Below are positions 10,368 through 22,293 of a stretch of DNA of 64,000 nt, one piece after another. The stretch lies in NCBI GenBank assembly GCA_963779415.1, contig CAVZYA010000001.1, forward strand, positions 416,001 through 480,000. The letters are read 5' to 3'. Numbering within the stretch: position 1 is the first letter of the stretch; the number at the start of each line of letters is the position of its first letter. Under the pieces are notes generated by a model that was not told the origin of the DNA, ran no database searches, and was given only the letters and a program-made list of their open reading frames with translations. Made by a program: the position numbers and the translations under genes. The stretch is from an uncultured Acidobacteriota bacterium. Its GTDB lineage: Bacteria > Acidobacteriota > Thermoanaerobaculia > UBA5066.

Positions 10368-11176
10368 GGAACTTCACTCGTCTGGCCTTTCTTCCGTGGA
10401 GCCTCGCGGTCACCGTCGTGTTCGCGAACGCGGCCGTCGCGCAGCAGGAGCCTCCGGCATGGCCGACGCCCCGGCCGGAGCCCGTTCAGCCGGAAGCGGC
10501 CCCGTCCGGACTCCGGCGCGTCACACTGGAGCCGACGCCCACCCTCACGCCGACGCCTCTCGTCCACCCGCACCTCATCGCGGCCCTGGAGACGACGGAG
10601 GGGAACGACACCGAGCGCGTGGCCCTCTTCGACGACGGGACGCTCGCTTTCGCCCAGTCGTATCGGGGCCACCGGACGGTCAAGCGGAAGGTCGTGACGC
10701 CCTCGGAGATCGACGTCATCCGCCAGGTTCTCGCTCCGGCGTCGGAGACCCGGGCGACGTGGGGATTGGCCGCGAGGCCTCCCGAGGAGATCGTGGGACG
10801 GCGGATCCGGATCGAGGTGACCGACGCCTCGGGACACCCGAGGGTCTTCACGACGGACGATCTGACGGCGCTTCCGCTCGCAATCGGCCGGGCCAAGGCG
10901 GCACTCGAGGATCTCCGGAGCCGCTTCTTCGAAACCGACCCGAAGGAGTTCCGGTGGAATCCCAGGAGCGTCAAGAAGGGAGACCGCCTGAGGAACCGGT
11001 CCACCGGGAGCTGGTACGTCGTCCTCCGCGACGACACCTTCGAGCAGGGTCTCGAGCTTCAGGAAGTGGGAGGGCTCCGGAACGAGATGCTGATCTCGCG
11101 CGACCAGATTCCGAAGCTGTTCGAAAACCCCGCCACTTCCGGGCCGCCCCCTCCGGCGGCGACGCCGGGCCGCTAG
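10364..11176 (+). CDS. Secreted hypothetical protein with Pro/Thr-rich linker
   Basis: ATGA overlap with the upstream gene; signal peptide ending AVA-QQ; PTPT repeats. Confidence 0.7.
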   Translation: MRNFTRLAFLPWSLAVTVVFANAAVAQQEPPAWPTPRPEPVQPEAAPSGLRRVTLEPTPTLTPTPLVHPHLIAALETTEGNDTERVALFDDGTLAFAQSYRGHRTVKRKVVTPSEIDVIRQVLAPASETRATWGLAARPPEEIVGRRIRIEVTDASGHPRVFTTDDLTALPLAIGRAKAALEDLRSRFFETDPKEFRWNPRSVKKGDRLRNRSTGSWYVVLRDDTFEQGLELQEVGGLRNEMLISRDQIPKLFENPATSGPPPPAATPGR

Positions 11177-11189
11177 GGGGAGAAGCGCC

Positions 11190-11723
11190 GTGGTACGGAT
11201 CACCGGAGGACGGTATCGCGGCCGGCGGCTCGACGTTCCCGCAAACGTTCGCCCGACGACCGAGATCGCGCGCAAGGCGGCGTTCGACATCCTCGGGAGC
11301 CGGATCCCGGGCGCCTCCGTCCTCGACGCGTGCTCCGGCTCCGGGGCCTACGGGCTCGAGGCGCTCTCGCGGGGAGCGGTCCGCGCAATGTTCGTCGAGA
11401 AGGAGCGTGCGGCGCGGGAGATCCTGCGACGAAACATCGAACGTCTCGGCGTCACGGCTCAATGCGCCGTGGAGGGGCGGCCGGTCGCCTCGTACGCCGC
11501 ACTCGCGCTCCGCGCGGATTCGCCGACGAGGTTCGACGTCGTCTTTCACGACCCTCCGTTCGAAGAGCCGTCGGACGAGGACCTCGGCCTCCTCCTTCGC
11601 CTTCTCGCGCGGGACGGCACGCTCGTCCACGAACGGGGCGACGACCGGATCCCCCGGACCGGACGAACCCCCGGGGACGTGCGTCGGTACGGCCGGACAC
11701 GGCTCCTCTTCTACCGGGCCTGA
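11190..11723 (+). CDS. rsmD: 16S rRNA m2G966 methyltransferase
   Basis: RITGG.YRGR, RPTT, LDACSGSG.GLEALSRGA, DPPF and RYG motifs. Confidence 0.9.
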   Translation: MVRITGGRYRGRRLDVPANVRPTTEIARKAAFDILGSRIPGASVLDACSGSGAYGLEALSRGAVRAMFVEKERAAREILRRNIERLGVTAQCAVEGRPVASYAALALRADSPTRFDVVFHDPPFEEPSDEDLGLLLRLLARDGTLVHERGDDRIPRTGRTPGDVRRYGRTRLLFYRA

Positions 11724-11786
11724 AGAGAGAGCCTGCTGGTAAACTGCGCGCTTCGATCCGGGGCCGGACGGCCTCCGAGGAGCTTC

Positions 11787-12953
11787 ATGCCCATGAGCCG
11801 CACCGTCTTCACGTCCGAGTCCGTCACGGAAGGCCATCCCGACAAGATCGCCGACCAGATCAGCGACTCCATCCTCGACGCCATCCTGGCCGACGATCCG
11901 GCGGGAAGGGTCGCGTGCGAGACCCTCGTCACGACCGGGCTCGCCCTGATCGCCGGCGAGATCACGACGAAGACCTGGGTGGACATTCCGGCCATCGTCC
12001 GACAGACGATTCGCGACGTGGGGTACACGCGGGCGAAGTACGGCTTCGACTACGAGACCTGTGCCGTCATATCCACGATCGACAAGCAGTCGCCCGACAT
12101 CGCGCAGGGGGTCGACACGGGCGGCGCGGGGGACCAGGGGCTGATGTTCGGCTTCGCCGTGCGCGAGACGGAGGAGCTGATGCCGCTCCCGATCACGCTC
12201 GCGCACCAGCTCACGATGCGCCTCGCCGAGGCCCGGAAGACCCATGTCCTCGACTGGCTCCGCCCCGACGGGAAGAGCCAGGTCACCGTGGAGTACGAGG
12301 GAACGACCCCGATCCGGGTGGATGCCATCGTCGTCTCGACGCAGCACGCCGAGTCGGTCCCGACCGGCGAGCTTCGCGATGCGGTGCTCGAGGAGATCAT
12401 CAAGCCCGTCGTCCCGAAGGGAATGTTCGACGGACAGACGAAGGTCCACATCAACCCGACGGGTCGCTTCGTGATCGGCGGGCCGCAGGGCGACACGGGA
12501 CTGACCGGACGGAAGATCATCGTCGACACGTACGGCGGCAGCGGCCGGCACGGCGGCGGAGCCTTCTCGGGCAAGGACCCGACGAAGGTCGACCGGTCGG
12601 CCTCCTACATGGCACGGCACGTGGCGAAGAACCTCGTCGCCGCGGGCCTCGCCGACCGCGTCGAGGTGCAGCTCGCCTACGCGATCGGCGTCGCCGAACC
12701 GGTCTCGGTCCACGTGGAGACGTTCGGGACCGGGAAAGTCGACCCGGCGAGGCTTCCGGGCCTCGTCCGCGACCATTTCAAGCTGACGCCGCAGGGGATC
12801 ATCCAGTCCCTCGATCTTCGAAAGCCGATCTACCGGAAGACGGCGGCATACGGTCACTTCGGGCGCCGTCTCGCCGGGTTCACCTGGGAGAAGACGGACA
12901 AGGCCGAGGCGCTCGCCGCCGCGGCCGGGCTCTCCGTCCCGACGAACGCCTGA
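11787..12953 (+). CDS. metK: S-adenosylmethionine synthetase
   Basis: [19 protein letters not shown] and [16 protein letters not shown]. Extended -10 TGGTAAACT at 11737-11745. Confidence 0.98.
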   Translation: MPMSRTVFTSESVTEGHPDKIADQISDSILDAILADDPAGRVACETLVTTGLALIAGEITTKTWVDIPAIVRQTIRDVGYTRAKYGFDYETCAVISTIDKQSPDIAQGVDTGGAGDQGLMFGFAVRETEELMPLPITLAHQLTMRLAEARKTHVLDWLRPDGKSQVTVEYEGTTPIRVDAIVVSTQHAESVPTGELRDAVLEEIIKPVVPKGMFDGQTKVHINPTGRFVIGGPQGDTGLTGRKIIVDTYGGSGRHGGGAFSGKDPTKVDRSASYMARHVAKNLVAAGLADRVEVQLAYAIGVAEPVSVHVETFGTGKVDPARLPGLVRDHFKLTPQGIIQSLDLRKPIYRKTAAYGHFGRRLAGFTWEKTDKAEALAAAAGLSVPTNA

Positions 12954-13002
12954 CACGCAGGGAACCGGGGCCCGCACGGCGATCTCGCGCTCTCCGAACT
13001 GG

Positions 13003-15377
<2,375 letters not shown>

Positions 15378-15402
15378 CGGAGGCGCCAAGGGGGAGCGGC
15401 GT

Positions 15403-17745
15403 TCAGGTCTGCACGCCCGCGAGGCCCCAGGCCGCTCCCAGCCCGAACAGCAGATCGGCGGACCAGGCGGCGGCGGCGGGCGGAAGCGCCCCCGTCTCGC
15501 CGAGCTTGAGGAAGAGGCCACTCGCGAAGAAATAGGAGAGCCCGAGGAGGATCGCCACGCCGACCCCGGCGACCGCTCCGCGCTTCCCGAAGCGGAAGGC
15601 GAAGGGGAGGCCGACGAGAGTCAGGATGAGGGCGGAGAGGGCGACGGCGGGCTTCTGGTGAAGGCTCGTCGCGAGCCGGGCGACGTTTCCCCCCGCCCTC
15701 CGACGCGCCGCGATGAACCGGGCGAGCTGGGACGCAGTCATCTGGCGCGGATTCGCCTGCACCGAGGAGATCGACTCGAAGGCCTCGGGCGCCTCGAGAA
15801 GGAATTGCCCCTCCCGTGCCATGAAGAGCGAGTCGGCCCCGCCGATGAAGTTCCGGATCCAGCCGTTCTCCGCGAGGAGGCCCTGGCCCGGCAGGACCTG
15901 GGCCCTCGCCGCCGCCGCCCGGAGGCGGATCCGGAAAGTGGCGGGATCGACCTCCACCATCTGGAGGCCCGCGACGCCGCGCGTCTTCGGATCGAACGCG
16001 TCGACGGAGAAGAACCGGCCTCCCTGCCCGCGAACCCACCCGCTCGGGAGCGTCTGCGGGGGAGGGGAGGCTCCCTTCAGCCTGGCCTTCAGCGTCTCGG
16101 ACTCCGCGCTCGCCACGGGAACGACGCGCTCCGCGAGAAAGAAAAGGACGACTCCCGTGCCGGCGGCGAGAAGAAGGATCGGGGCCGCCAGGCGGAAGAG
16201 CGAGATGCCCCCCGCGAGGACGGCCGTCGCCTCGGAAGAGCGGACGAGGGCCGCCACCGTGATGAGGGCCGCCACGAGGAAGGCGAAGGGGAGGATGTCG
16301 ACGAAGATCGGCGGGAGGAGAGCCTCGTAGTAGGCCAGGAGAAGCCGGGCCGGCGGCTTCACCTTCGCGAGGTCGTCGGCGAACTCGAGGTAGTCGATCA
16401 GGACGTAGATGGCGACGAATGAGGCGACGACGAGGGCGAAGACGCGAAGGAACCGTCCCGACACGTAGCGGTCGAGAAGGTTACCGACACGCCTCGGACG
16501 GCGGACGCCGCGAGGCTCCGCCTCTCCGGGCGCCCGGGCGCTCCTCGCGGAGGGGGCGGAGAAAGTCCCCGACCGCTCGCCTCGCCGCAGCGAGATCGAC
16601 GGGAAGAGCGGACGGTCCTTTCGAACCCGGACGAGGGCCGCGACGCCGAGGATCGTCAGAAGGATGTCCGGGAGCCACATCGCCACCGCCGGTGAGACGT
16701 GGCCGTCGATGGCGCGCGCCTCCCCGATGGCCAGGAGCACGTAGTACCCGAGGACGATCACTACGGAGACGACGAAGCCGGCCGCGCGCCCTCCACGCCG
16801 CGTGACGAGGCCGAGGGGGAGCCCGACGAGGCCGAAAACGAGCGCCGCAGCCGGAAGCGCGAACTTCTTGTGAATCTCCACCCACGCGAGGCGTCGCTCC
16901 ACCTCGCTTCGGGCGCCGACCCGGGCCGTTCGGATGAGTTCGCCGAGCCGCTGCTCGCGAAGAAGCTTCTCCCGCGGACGGCTTGCGAGGGCCTCCCTCA
17001 CGCCGGTCTCCTGGAGGAGATACCGGACCGTCCCGAACGAGACGTCGTACTGGCGGGGGTTCGCCCCGACGTGATGGCTCGTCGCGTCGTCAAGCCGGAG
17101 CCAGAGCCGCCCCTCCTCCTCGTCGATCTCGAGTTCCCCGCGCGGCGCCAGTGTGAGCCGTTCACCCTCGTCCCCGGCGGAACGGTCGACGACGAAGAGC
17201 CCGGTGAGCTGCCGCCGGTCGGGGGCCGCGTTCTCAACGTAGATGCTCTTCCCGGCGAAATCGGGGCTGAAGACGCCGGGCGAGATCCGACGGGCCACGG
17301 CGAAGGTCAAAAGGCGAAGCCGCATCTCCGAGAGGAGCCGGTTCCCCCGGGGAACCGCCTCAAGGATCAGTAGCGACGTCGCCGCCGTCACGACGAGAGC
17401 CAACGCGGCGACGGGACGATAGAGCCGCAAAAGGTCGATCCCGGCTGCCCGGAGCGCGATCACCTCCGAGTCGGCGCTGAGCCGCCCGAAGGCGATGAGA
17501 AGCCCGAGCAGGAACGAAATGGGGAGGGTCAGAACGACGATGTGCGGCAGCGAGAAGGCCAGGACGCGAAACGTCTCGGCGAGCGGGTCCTCGCTCTGGA
17601 ACAGAAGGTCGGAGAAGAGGACCACGCCCCGGAGCAGCATGAAACCCGTGTAGGCCAGAAAGGCAACCGCGGTGGGGGCGGCGATCTCGCGAAGAAGGTA
17701 GCGGTCTATCCGCTGAGCGATCTGCACGCCCGATCTTAGCGGCAT
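15403..17745 (-). CDS. Fused LptF-LptG LPS export permease (start may be GTG 17727)
   Basis: Two YjgP/YjgQ-type halves, each starting (I/L)DRY, with D/S.E..A..A.G motifs and HKKFALP / HQKPA; about 12 TM. Confidence 0.9.
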   Translation of the reverse strand: MPLRSGVQIAQRIDRYLLREIAAPTAVAFLAYTGFMLLRGVVLFSDLLFQSEDPLAETFRVLAFSLPHIVVLTLPISFLLGLLIAFGRLSADSEVIALRAAGIDLLRLYRPVAALALVVTAATSLLILEAVPRGNRLLSEMRLRLLTFAVARRISPGVFSPDFAGKSIYVENAAPDRRQLTGLFVVDRSAGDEGERLTLAPRGELEIDEEEGRLWLRLDDATSHHVGANPRQYDVSFGTVRYLLQETGVREALASRPREKLLREQRLGELIRTARVGARSEVERRLAWVEIHKKFALPAAALVFGLVGLPLGLVTRRGGRAAGFVVSVVIVLGYYVLLAIGEARAIDGHVSPAVAMWLPDILLTILGVAALVRVRKDRPLFPSISLRRGERSGTFSAPSARSARAPGEAEPRGVRRPRRVGNLLDRYVSGRFLRVFALVVASFVAIYVLIDYLEFADDLAKVKPPARLLLAYYEALLPPIFVDILPFAFLVAALITVAALVRSSEATAVLAGGISLFRLAAPILLLAAGTGVVLFFLAERVVPVASAESETLKARLKGASPPPQTLPSGWVRGQGGRFFSVDAFDPKTRGVAGLQMVEVDPATFRIRLRAAAARAQVLPGQGLLAENGWIRNFIGGADSLFMAREGQFLLEAPEAFESISSVQANPRQMTASQLARFIAARRRAGGNVARLATSLHQKPAVALSALILTLVGLPFAFRFGKRGAVAGVGVAILLGLSYFFASGLFLKLGETGALPPAAAAWSADLLFGLGAAWGLAGVQT

Positions 17746-17773
17746 CGTTCCGTGCCTCCCGCTTTCTCCGTCT

Positions 17774-17801
17774 ATGTCCGATAAGATTTATTATGTTAAA
17801 T
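17774..17801 (+). other. dif site (XerC/XerD chromosome dimer resolution)
   Basis: ATGTCCGATAA-GATTTA-TTATGTTAAAT has 11-6-11 geometry, and the right arm is identical to the canonical XerD arm. It is intergenic and about 2.4 kb from the gene-strand switch. Confidence 0.92.
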
Positions 17802-17924
17802 TCAAGGACCAGACAACCGAATATTCTTCGAAAGGAAGAACGGGACCATGCCCCGCTCGCCCGAGGGATCCATCGTGCCGGTTCGGTCATGACGGCGGAG
17901 TGGCTTCCCGAAAACCCGTGCGGC

Positions 17925-18833
17925 TTACTTTCGTGGCTGAGCGGGCTTTGTCGGCGTCAGAAAGCGGCCGTCACGTGCGAGGTCGACATCCCCCTTTTCG
18001 ATTCGGCGAATGAGCGACCGAACTGCTTCGAGGATGTCGTCTCGCTTCTGCCCTTTTCCGTGGAAGACGAGGCTGAGCCGGTATCGGCGATCCTCGGGCA
18101 CGTAGTCGAGGCAGTAGTTCTTTCGCAGAGCGCCGTGCTTCGCCTTTTCCGGCCTGGCCGGATTCCTCTTCGCCTCGCGAAGCGTGTCGCGCGTGACGTT
18201 CTCGCCGGCGAGCCAGCTCTTCAGAGCGTCGAGCATGAGTTCCTCGGTCGGGAGCCTCCCGAGCTCGAGGAGGAACGACTTCGAAGCAATGTCGGCGCGC
18301 CGACATTCTTCCTTGACGAGGTCGGGAAGCCGGCCGATCGCGAGCGCTTCGGTCACGGAGACGCGCGACTTCCCGACCGCTTCGGCGATCTGCTCGTGCG
18401 TATACGCCCAGCGGTCCTTGAGGGCCCGGTAGCCGTCCGCCTCCTCGAAAGGCGTGAGGTCCTTGCGCTGGAGGTTCTCGACGAGTGCGACTTCCAGAAG
18501 CTCGCTGTCGGAGAGCTCCATTTCGATGCAGGGAATCTCCGCGAGTCCCGCCTCGATTGCCGCGCGATACCGGCGTTCCCCGGAGACGATCGTGAACCGG
18601 CCGTCCTCGCGGGGCCGGACGAGAATCGGCTCGAGGACACCTCGCGAGGCGATCGACTTCGTCAGCTCCTCGAGATCGCCGAGAGCCGTTCGCGGCTGGT
18701 CGGGATTCGCGTCGATGAGGTGGATTGCGATCCGCCTTCCGACGGGGATCTCGTCTGCGCGGACGAGCTGGTCCACGAAGTGGGAGTCGTGCCTCATACG
18801 CGACGTCTCGGGGAGTCCTCGTCTCCTAGACAC
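17925..18833 (-). CDS. parB: ParB/Spo0J-family protein
   Basis: NPDQPR, SGERRYRAA (CTP-binding GxxRxxA), ENLQRKDL and HTH HEQIAEAVGKSR; AGAGGAG before GTG 18833, overlapping the parA end. Confidence 0.93.
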   Translation of the reverse strand: MSRRRGLPETSRMRHDSHFVDQLVRADEIPVGRRIAIHLIDANPDQPRTALGDLEELTKSIASRGVLEPILVRPREDGRFTIVSGERRYRAAIEAGLAEIPCIEMELSDSELLEVALVENLQRKDLTPFEEADGYRALKDRWAYTHEQIAEAVGKSRVSVTEALAIGRLPDLVKEECRRADIASKSFLLELGRLPTEELMLDALKSWLAGENVTRDTLREAKRNPARPEKAKHGALRKNYCLDYVPEDRRYRLSLVFHGKGQKRDDILEAVRSLIRRIEKGDVDLARDGRFLTPTKPAQPRK

Positions 18834-19590
18834 GGGCCAGTATCTCCTCTGTAAGGCTGTAGTATTCGAGCGCTCCGCTGGAGCGGGGCGAGAACGAGAA
18901 GATCGTCTCACGGTACGCGGGCGATTCCTCGAGCCTCACAGACTTCGAGATCGTCGTCCGGAAGAGCTTCCCCTTGAAGACCGCCTCGATCTGCTTCTTT
19001 ATGTCCTTCCCAAGAGTCGTCCGCTTGTCGTGGAGGGTGATCACGACACCGATGATCTGAAGATTCGGGTTCGGGCGGCTCTTGATTTTTTCGATCGTCT
19101 CCAGGAGATCGTCCGTTCCCTCCAGCGCGAAATACGACGACTGGATTGGGATGAGAATGTGAGTCGACGCGACGAGGGCGTTGACCGTGAGAATGCCGAG
19201 TGTCGGGGGCGTGTCGATGATGATCGCGTCGTAGTCGGGTCCGGCGCCGTTTCCCTTCTGGAGCTTGTCCTTGAGCCGGAAGAGCCCGTCGATCTCCCCT
19301 ACCAGCTTCGATTCGACCTTCGCCACCGAGATCCGCGACGGGGCGACGCAGAGCGAAGGCAGCGTCGTCTCCCGAACGATGGAGGAGAGCGCGACGTCCG
19401 GATCGATCAGGACGTCGTACATCGACCGCTCCACCGTGCGGCGGTCGAGAAAGGACATCGTGGAGTTCGCCTGGGGGTCCAGGTCGACGAGCAGCGTTCG
19501 AAGTTTCTTCTGGGCGAGCGCGGCCGCGACGTTGATGGCCGTGGTCGTCTTTCCGACGCCGCCCTTCTGGTTCGCTATCGTGATGATCAT
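18826..19590 (-). CDS. parA: ParA/Soj-family ATPase
   Basis: Deviant Walker A NQKGGVGKTT, DLDPQAN and IIDTPP; no N-terminal HTH. Confidence 0.95.
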   Translation of the reverse strand: MIITIANQKGGVGKTTTAINVAAALAQKKLRTLLVDLDPQANSTMSFLDRRTVERSMYDVLIDPDVALSSIVRETTLPSLCVAPSRISVAKVESKLVGEIDGLFRLKDKLQKGNGAGPDYDAIIIDTPPTLGILTVNALVASTHILIPIQSSYFALEGTDDLLETIEKIKSRPNPNLQIIGVVITLHDKRTTLGKDIKKQIEAVFKGKLFRTTISKSVRLEESPAYRETIFSFSPRSSGALEYYSLTEEILARV

Positions 19591-19604
19591 GGAGACGCGG
19601 CGGG

Positions 19605-19634
19605 ATGATATTCAGAGCGCGGTCTCCACGGCAA
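19605..19634 (-). promoter_or_regulatory. Putative sigma70 promoter of parAB
   Basis: TTGCCG-N18-TATCAT, 14 nt upstream of the parA ATG. Confidence 0.5.
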
Positions 19635-19663
19635 GCCCGAAGAGCGCCCCGAAGGCGCCTTCC

Positions 19664-20149
19664 TTACATCCGGTACTTTCCGAGTGCGTCCGGGTCGACT
19701 TCCTCGAGCCACTTCCGGAGGCGGGCCGTGTTCGAGCTGTCGCCGGAATCGTCGGTCCGGCGGCTCTTCTCGAGGACCCCCTCCTCGACGAAAACGGGCG
19801 CGTTCGTCCGGAGGGCGAGGGCGATGGCGTCCGAAGGGCGACTGTCCACGTGAACCTCGCGATTCGCGACGCGGAGATGTATCTGGGCGTAGAAGGTATT
19901 TTCCTCGAGTGCGTTGATCACGATACGGAGGACGTCCCCTTCGACTTTCTCGATGACGCTCTTGAGGAGGTCGTGAGTCATCGGACGAGGCGTCGTGACC
20001 CCTTCCATCTGGAGGGCGATGGCGTTGGCCTCGAAAATCCCGACCCAGATCGGCAGGAGGTTCTTCTCGGCATCGTCGCGAAGAATGACGACGGGCATGT
20101 TCGCGATCGGATCGACGATGAGCGCTTTGACTCCCATCCTGACGGTCAC
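19664..20149 (-). CDS. Bifunctional nuclease (DUF151/BFN) family protein
   Basis: LPIWVG.FEA.AI, RPMTHDLL and DSRPSDAIALA; SD AGGAGG. Confidence 0.93.
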   Translation of the reverse strand: MTVRMGVKALIVDPIANMPVVILRDDAEKNLLPIWVGIFEANAIALQMEGVTTPRPMTHDLLKSVIEKVEGDVLRIVINALEENTFYAQIHLRVANREVHVDSRPSDAIALALRTNAPVFVEEGVLEKSRRTDDSGDSSNTARLRKWLEEVDPDALGKYRM

Positions 20150-20170
20150 CAGTTCCTCCTTGTCGATACC

Positions 20171-20259
20171 AATCTAGGGACCGCCGACGCCGATTTCAAG
20201 GAACCGCGACGAAAGCAGAACATTCCTGGAAGTATAAGCTATTTAATATCAAGTACTTA
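20171..20259 (-). promoter_or_regulatory. Sigma70 promoter with upstream IHF-consensus site
   Basis: TTGAAA-N17-TAGATT (20199-20171); TATCAAGTACTTA at 20247-20259 matches WATCAANNNNTTR. Confidence 0.65.
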
Positions 20260-20281
20260 GAGAGCAAGACGAGAGTAATTC

Positions 20282-21625
20282 TCAGCGATTCCCGGCGGCC
20301 TTTCCTGTCCGAAGGAGCCTCCCGAAGAGGGAGTTCGGATGACCTCGCTCGACGAGGACCGTCGCGAAGGTCCCTGGCCGGAGATCCACCTCCGTCTCCA
20401 CATTCGTCACGCGGTTGCACGGCGTCCGACCCGATGGGCGAATGCCGTGCCGGTCCTTCCCTTCCACGAGCACCTCGACCGTCTGTCCCTCGAATCCGCG
20501 GTTCAGCTCGCGCTGGATCTCCTGCTGCCTCTCCATCAGCCGGCCGAGGCGCGCCGCGGAGACGGAGGGCGTCACGTCGCTCACCCAGCGAGCCGCGGCC
20601 GTCCCCGGGCGTGGCGAGTAGCTGAAGGCGAACGCCTGCGCAAAGCGGACCTCTTCGAGAAGCGAGAGCGTCGCCTCGAAGTGAGCCTCGCTCTCCCCCG
20701 GAAAACCGACGATCACGTCGGTGGAGAGGGCGATCGCCGGGACCGCGCGACGGATCTCCGCGACGAGGTCGAGATACTCCCGCCTCGTGTACTGCCTCTT
20801 CATCCGGCGGAGCACCTCGTCGGCGCCGCTCTGGACCGGAAGATGGAGGGCCGGACAGACCCCGGGCGAGCCGGCCATCGCCCGGATCAGCTTCGACGAG
20901 AAGTCCCGCGGGTGCGACGTGACGAAGCGGAGACGCGCGAGGAGAGGAAGCGACGCGACGGCGCCGAGCAGATCCGCGAAGTCCTCTCCGGTCGTCGGAT
21001 CCCGGTACGCGTTCACGGTCTGACCGAGAAGCTCGATCTCGACGGCGCCTTCCTCGAGCAGCCGGCGGCTCTCGTCGACGACGTCGAGGAGCCGCCGATT
21101 CCGCTCCCGGCCCCGCGTGAACGGGACGACGCAGAACGTGCAGTTCTTGTTGCATCCCTCCACGACCGTGATCGCCGCGCGATGCCGGACCTCACGCGCC
21201 ACCGCGCCCGGGGTCCAGGCGACCTCGTCTTCGGGGAATCCCGTCTCGCACGGGCGGTCCGCTTCTTCCCGGACGCGCCGGAGGACGACCGGGAGCGCCT
21301 CGATGCGTCCCGTCCCGAGGACGAAATCGACGTGGGGCAGACGCGCGAGGAGCTTCTCCCCTTCCTGCTGCGCGACGCAGCCCGTGACGCCGAGAAGCAG
21401 ACCCGGCTTCTTCCGCTTCAGACGGGCGAGCCGGCCGAGACGCGCGTAGACCTTCTGCTCGGCCCGATCGCGGACGGAGCACGTATTGAGCAGGATCACG
21501 TCGGCGGCCTCGGCCCCGGCCGCCTCGTGGTAACCGTCCCGGGCCAGAAGTCCGACGAAGCGCCGGCCATCCAGCACGTTCATCTGGCAGCCCCACGTCT
21601 CGACGAAGACGCTTTTCAAGGTCAT
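20282..21625 (-). CDS. miaB: tRNA-i6A37 methylthiotransferase
   Basis: TWGCQMN, NTCSVR, radical SAM CNKNCTFC, HLPVQSG, VGFPGE and a TRAM tail. Confidence 0.96.
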   Translation of the reverse strand: MTLKSVFVETWGCQMNVLDGRRFVGLLARDGYHEAAGAEAADVILLNTCSVRDRAEQKVYARLGRLARLKRKKPGLLLGVTGCVAQQEGEKLLARLPHVDFVLGTGRIEALPVVLRRVREEADRPCETGFPEDEVAWTPGAVAREVRHRAAITVVEGCNKNCTFCVVPFTRGRERNRRLLDVVDESRRLLEEGAVEIELLGQTVNAYRDPTTGEDFADLLGAVASLPLLARLRFVTSHPRDFSSKLIRAMAGSPGVCPALHLPVQSGADEVLRRMKRQYTRREYLDLVAEIRRAVPAIALSTDVIVGFPGESEAHFEATLSLLEEVRFAQAFAFSYSPRPGTAAARWVSDVTPSVSAARLGRLMERQQEIQRELNRGFEGQTVEVLVEGKDRHGIRPSGRTPCNRVTNVETEVDLRPGTFATVLVERGHPNSLFGRLLRTGKAAGNR

Positions 21626-22293
21626 CGGAGCCAGCCGGGAGGCGCTCCCGACTTTCGCGCATCCTCCTCGAGATCGTTGACCTTGGCCCGGGCGTCGTCC
21701 AGCTCCTGGCGCGCCTTCCCCAGCTCCTCCCGGGACTGGTCCCAGGCGGGGCGGATGACGCGGTCGCGGTAGTTCCCGTCGCTCCAGGCGTAGAAGTCGT
21801 TCTCGAGCTTCTTCGTCTCGGCCTCGAGGGAGGCGACTCTCGCCTCGGCCGCCGTGACGCGCCCGTGGGCCTGGCTCACGATCCGCCGCCACTCCGCCTC
21901 GGTTCGCCCGTTCAGGTCCCGGAGCTCGGGAATCACCACGGCGCCTGGCGTGGCCGTCGGCGCCGGCTTCGCCTTCGCGCCCCCCTTGGCGGGCGGGCTC
22001 GCCGGGCTCCCCTTCTTGAGGGTCTCGTTCGAGATCACGCCGAGCGAGGGGCGCTTCCCTTCCTTCTCGCGCTTCTCCTTCTGCTTTTTCGCGATGTCGG
22101 CGAGCGACCCGTTCCCCGTTCCGATCGGCCGAGCGGCGGTCCCGGGTGCCTGCGGAGCCGCACGCGGGGCCGGGGAGGGAGTCGGCGTGAAATCCGGCGA
22201 CGTCGCGGGAGCGGACGTCGATCCCGTCGCCGGCTCCTGCGCGGGCGCCGCGAGCGCCGCAAGCAGAAGTCCGAACGCCGCGACTCCTCTCAT
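21622..22293 (-). CDS. Secreted Pro-rich / coiled-coil hypothetical protein
   Basis: Signal peptide, low-complexity linker and heptad-rich C-terminus ending PPGWLR; ATGA overlaps at both ends. Confidence 0.75.
   Translation of the reverse strand: MRGVAAFGLLLAALAAPAQEPATGSTSAPATSPDFTPTPSPAPRAAPQAPGTAARPIGTGNGSLADIAKKQKEKREKEGKRPSLGVISNETLKKGSPASPPAKGGAKAKPAPTATPGAVVIPELRDLNGRTEAEWRRIVSQAHGRVTAAEARVASLEAETKKLENDFYAWSDGNYRDRVIRPAWDQSREELGKARQELDDARAKVNDLEEDARKSGAPPGWLR

Noticed and set aside
11746-11786. Possible SAM/SAH riboswitch before metK
   Set aside because: The leader is only about 35 nt with one small GGCC hairpin and no recognisable aptamer motifs.
19842-19857. parS-like CTGTCCACGTGAACCT inside the DUF151 gene
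   Set aside because: Only the CACGTGAA core matches; about 5 mismatches to consensus, and it is explained by coding sequence.
17746-20280. parAB region as an integrated plasmid or IMEX at dif
   Set aside because: No integrase, rep gene, second dif copy or att duplication seen, and the flanks are core genes. It cannot be fully excluded without comparative genomes.
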